From the UHGV virus genome UHGV-0200095: a stretch of DNA of 28,168 nt. One strand, given 5' to 3'. Positions 25,253-28,168 of this stretch are shown in pieces. This DNA comes from a virus. Numbering within the stretch: the stretch's first letter is position 1; every line of letters begins with the position of its first letter. A program made the position numbers and the translations under genes. A model generated the notes under the pieces. The model worked only from the letters and a program-made list of their open reading frames with translations. It had not been told where the DNA came from and made no database searches.

Positions 25253-25311
25253 ATGATAGCATAACAAAAAGCGTATGTCAACACTTTTTATGTGTTTTTT
25301 CTAGTTTTTTT
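25253..25311 (-). promoter_or_regulatory. sigma-A promoter (class A) with A-tract UP element
   Basis: TTGACA (25281-25276), 17 nt spacer, TGn-TATCAT (25258-25253). Repeat of the 1204-1239 block. Confidence 0.85.
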
Positions 25312-25561
25312 TCAAAACCTTGTCTAAAATTTCATTAAAATCACTTTTTGTCAAAACAACATCGTCATGGACATCTTCGCCACAACAAGTGCAAGTGTCA
25401 AAATCAAAGTCTTTTTCCGCGAGATTTCTAATTTTCTCCACGATTTCTGCTGGCTGTGAGTGGAGTTGTTGTCTCAATTTAACATTTTCAGTTAATATTT
25501 CTCCAATATCATATCTTTTAATATTTTGTTGCATTTGAATTATTTTCTCTTTTTCTTCCAT
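25301..25561 (-). CDS. hypothetical protein
   Basis: 86 aa with AAGGAG RBS and a CTCC motif. Confidence 0.7.
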   Translation of the reverse strand: MEEKEKIIQMQQNIKRYDIGEILTENVKLRQQLHSQPAEIVEKIRNLAEKDFDFDTCTCCGEDVHDDVVLTKSDFNEILDKVLKKN

Positions 25562-25563
25562 AC

Positions 25564-25923
25564 CTACTCTCCTTTTAGTTCTCTCTCGGCTTGTTCTTTG
25601 TATTTTTTAACCACATCACTTGGCTTGTTTGGATTATCAATCAAACACCAATCGATTGCCATTTCATTCAGCGCTTTCTCTGCCACTTCTAGTTTGTGTT
25701 GTAGGTCGGCAATAGTTTGATTCTTAATAAACCAACAAAAGTCAATTGCACATTTTTTCGCAAATTCTTTTCCATTAAGCCTTGCATAGTGCATATATGC
25801 CTGATTATTATTTAGCCAACAATCAACTAAATTCAAAGTCATTTCTTTCGTTTGTAAAGTCATATCTTGATAAACTGGTTGTTTATTAACCCATTCAAAA
25901 AATTGCTCTCTATAATTACTCAT
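25564..25923 (-). CDS. hypothetical protein
   Basis: Start reassigned to ATG 25923 (GGAGG RBS). Confidence 0.7.
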   Translation of the reverse strand: MSNYREQFFEWVNKQPVYQDMTLQTKEMTLNLVDCWLNNNQAYMHYARLNGKEFAKKCAIDFCWFIKNQTIADLQHKLEVAEKALNEMAIDWCLIDNPNKPSDVVKKYKEQAERELKGE

Positions 25924-26062
25924 CTTTTCCCTCCAAATATTTTTCTTGTTTTGCATTTAATTTTCTTATTGCGGATAATCCTTTATACCATCTGAGGACT
26001 GATTCCAGAATGTCAATCGATATTGAAATTTCCTTGTCGTTCAATTTATTTTGATTTTTCAT
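25916..26062 (-). CDS. hypothetical protein (48 aa), missed by ORF track
   Basis: MKNQNKLNDKEISISIDILESVLRWYKG..., GGAGG RBS, ATGA overlap with upstream ORF. Confidence 0.65.
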   Translation of the reverse strand: MKNQNKLNDKEISISIDILESVLRWYKGLSAIRKLNAKQEKYLEGKDE

Positions 26063-26172
26063 TTTTTGAGCCTCCACGCCTTATCGCGCTCCATTCTTCG
26101 CAATTCCGATTGTTTGCGTCTTTCGTCACGTTCTGTCAAGTCGTATATATCCCAACATTTACCCTTGTTCAT
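26059..26172 (-). CDS. hypothetical protein (37 aa), missed by ORF track
   Basis: MNKGKCWDIYDLTERDERRKQSELRRMERDKAWRLKK with AAGGAG RBS. Confidence 0.65.
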   Translation of the reverse strand: MNKGKCWDIYDLTERDERRKQSELRRMERDKAWRLKK

Positions 26173-26173
26173 G

Positions 26174-26719
26174 TTATTCTCCTTTTAACAAAACTTTTGT
26201 TTCTTTCGATTTTTCAATCATTTCAATTTTCGCCAAAGCCTGCTCGCCCACGCTTTCACGCGTTTTTTGGTCATCTAACTGCTTTCGGATGCTTCTTTTA
26301 ATATTTGAGGCAATCACAGTGTTATATTCTGTCACATCGCTCAAAGCCCATTGTGCAAGTTGCGAAGGCGTTCCGACAACTTTTTTTGCCACGTCGGATA
26401 ATCTTTCAAAATGCTCGTTCTGATTATACCAACTCACAGCCCTATCAATTTCTCGAAATATCTTGTCTTCGTCAAGTTCATTCTTCGACAGATTGCAAAT
26501 CGTTTGGCAACCCTTTGCCACCTTTCCGATATTGCAAAAGTCACTAACCTTGCACAACTCTCGCATACTGGCAAATATAACTTGTAAATCATAGCCCCGC
26601 AGAAAATCAAACCATATTTGTGCTTGTAAAATCGCTTTTGCCTTGTCCGTTGGTGGCTTAAATGTGTCCCATAATATGCTCGCATAAGCATAAACCTGTT
26701 TCAACTCTTCCCTTTCCAT
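26174..26719 (-). CDS. replicative helicase loader/inhibitor (G39P-like)
   Basis: M.REE.KQ...W...L..YD N-terminus, directly downstream of the initiator. Confidence 0.6.
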   Translation of the reverse strand: MEREELKQVYAYASILWDTFKPPTDKAKAILQAQIWFDFLRGYDLQVIFASMRELCKVSDFCNIGKVAKGCQTICNLSKNELDEDKIFREIDRAVSWYNQNEHFERLSDVAKKVVGTPSQLAQWALSDVTEYNTVIASNIKRSIRKQLDDQKTRESVGEQALAKIEMIEKSKETKVLLKGE

Positions 26720-26726
26720 AATCTCC

Positions 26727-27455
26727 TCACTTTATTTCATCGATAATGCCATCAATTCGATTTGCCATATCCAAAAGGCTTTCGGATTGCTTCCCTGTCG
26801 ACTTGTGCTCCATGTCTTCCTCATATGCCTTTGCAACCCATTTCAAAATCGCCAAGTAGTGCGAGTTATATTTGTATTTCTTCATTTCAAAGCGCTCGCT
26901 GCAATATTCAATAATCGCCTCCGCCTTTTCTTTTCCATACTTCTTGACAAGTGAATTAACCTCACTATCTTTCAAAAGGACATTAGAATATTTACCATAC
27001 TTATGTTTAACCTCTTTATTTTCTTTTAAAACCTTATCTTCTTCTAAACTAATAGTATTCTCAGGGTTAGTATTAGATTCAGAGAGAGTATATTCTTGGT
27101 ATACCACTGGTATACCAGCCACATACCGCCCATTTTCGTCTATTAACAATGACTTTTTTTCTTCGGTGTAAACTGTGTCGCTATGCCTATCTGCTCTCAA
27201 ATAATTGTTTATTCTCCAATCAGTTATGACGCAAACGCCACTATCAAACGGGATAATAAACTTTTTGGCAATTAAAAGCTTGTAATCATCATCAGAAGCC
27301 CCCACAAGCCTGATTATGCGCTTAGGACTTGCCACAAACCCATCATCGTCCGCTCTCATTGATAAATGAAAATACAAATTTTGTGTGCTAGCAGGCATGT
27401 CCATGAACCAATCAGTATCTATAATTTTTTTGCTGAACATTCTTTTTTCCGCCAT
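26727..27455 (-). CDS. phage replication initiator / replisome organizer
   Basis: MAEKRMFSKKIIDTD.F.DMP.STQ.LYFHL.M.ADDDGFV N-terminus and YGKY.NV.L...Y.SHY.AI.KW C-terminus. Confidence 0.9.
   Translation of the reverse strand: MAEKRMFSKKIIDTDWFMDMPASTQNLYFHLSMRADDDGFVASPKRIIRLVGASDDDYKLLIAKKFIIPFDSGVCVITDWRINNYLRADRHSDTVYTEEKKSLLIDENGRYVAGIPVVYQEYTLSESNTNPENTISLEEDKVLKENKEVKHKYGKYSNVLLKDSEVNSLVKKYGKEKAEAIIEYCSERFEMKKYKYNSHYLAILKWVAKAYEEDMEHKSTGKQSESLLDMANRIDGIIDEIK
27097..27117. repeat. tandem 10-bp palindromes (putative origin iterons)
   Basis: TGGTATACCA at 27097-27106 and 27108-27117 inside the initiator gene, beside an AT-rich tract. Confidence 0.6.
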
Positions 27456-27469
27456 ATTTTCTCCTTTTA

Positions 27470-27606
27470 ATGTAAAAGCCACCAAACTACTTTGCTTATT
27501 GTGGTTGACAGCATTTCATTTGATGGCTTCCTTGCCCGGTATTCAGTTGTTTTCCTTGCATTTGAGCAACCACTCCCAAATACCAGGCGTTATCCTTTAC
27601 AAGACG
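27470..27606 (-). promoter_or_regulatory. structured 5' leader / attenuator of the replication operon
   Basis: Stem A 27534-27588 and stem B 27476-27529 followed by UUUU. Complementary loops GUGGUUG and CAACCAC. Confidence 0.7.
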
Positions 27607-27611
27607 CTATT

Positions 27612-27649
27612 ATGATAACATAATCAAAACGAACCTGTCAACTGATTTT
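27612..27649 (-). promoter_or_regulatory. sigma-A promoter (class B) of replication operon
   Basis: TTGACA (27641-27636), 18 nt spacer, TGn-TATCAT (27617-27612). Confidence 0.7.
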
Positions 27650-28168
27650 GTTGATTTTTTTTTCGTCTAGCAATAATCTTCCCATATAAGCCACATTCTT
27701 CAAGAGGCAACTCTCTCAAAACTTTGATTTGACATGTTCGGACTTTGCCGTCACTTTCGACTGGTAGAACAATATCGCTTATTTTACTCTCCACTTCTAA
27801 TATTGCCAAATTTTCCCAAGCTTTGCCAAAATTCAATGCCCAATTCAAGTGAGCGATGTGTATTCCTCTTGAACAAACATCAAAAACATTATCATCGCAA
27901 ATTTCTTTTTTGATTTTTCCTATTTCATAGCAAAAAGAGTTGTTATAATCACTCACATATCCAGTCTCCGTTTTTCTTACCGCCTTATACATAATGGCTT
28001 TTGTCTTTGTATGTCTTATGCCGTAAAAATCAAGAAATTCAATTATTGATTTAGGCATCTCTACAATACGAGAATTTCCCGAAATTTTTAATTTCGTAAA
28101 TGACGACCTTTTGACAATTTGAACATTTCCCCTTGCTTCTACGCTTGAGTTTTCCCATGCTACTACGC
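27624..28168 (-). CDS. 3' part of junction-spanning repeat protein
   Basis: Open frame from 28168 to stop at 27624. C-terminal YKAV...SDY..SF.Y..G...CS.GIH...DGKVR domain often follows short repeats in phage proteins. Confidence 0.85.
   Translation of the reverse strand, partial: VVAWENSSVEARGNVQIVKRSSFTKLKISGNSRIVEMPKSIIEFLDFYGIRHTKTKAIMYKAVRKTETGYVSDYNNSFCYEIGKIKKEICDDNVFDVCSRGIHIAHLNWALNFGKAWENLAILEVESKISDIVLPVESDGKVRTCQIKVLRELPLEECGLYGKIIARRKKNQQNQLTGSF
28126..28168. repeat. 24-bp coding tandem repeat (1 full + 1 partial unit), continuous with 1-72
   Basis: ttgagttttcccatgctactacgc at 28145-28168. Confidence 0.95.

Noticed and set aside
290..27615. All plus-strand ORFs in the track
   Set aside because: They are antisense shadows of well-supported minus-strand genes, or overlap regulatory regions, with no RBS or recognisable motifs.
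1..28168. Stop-codon reassignment
   Set aside because: Genes are intact and tightly packed under the standard code, and TAA, TAG and TGA all end genes.

Overview
The window appears to be a complete, circularly permuted 28.2 kb tailed-phage (Caudoviricetes) genome, probably of a Bacillota host, with every credible gene on the minus strand. Base 28168 joins base 1 in frame inside one gene carrying an 8-aa tandem repeat. Gene order in transcription direction: Rad52/Sak-like annealing protein, repeat protein, replication initiator, helicase loader/inhibitor, NinB-like protein, two DNA methyltransferases, ERCC4-like nuclease, Spo0A C-terminal-like protein, terminase, portal, scaffold, major capsid, head-tail connectors, a very compact tail module with BspA/PKD/YadA-like adhesin domains, a half-ferritin, and three membrane proteins. 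I recognised no integrase, repressor, endolysin, full-length tape measure protein or tail chaperone. The most notable signal is non-coding: a stand-alone ~180 nt structured RNA (promoter and terminator, ~1361-1542). Its loops are complementary to short sites in structured leaders, terminators and two early ribosome-binding sites, which suggests RNA-based control of the life cycle. All family assignments are by-eye motif recognition, not database searches.
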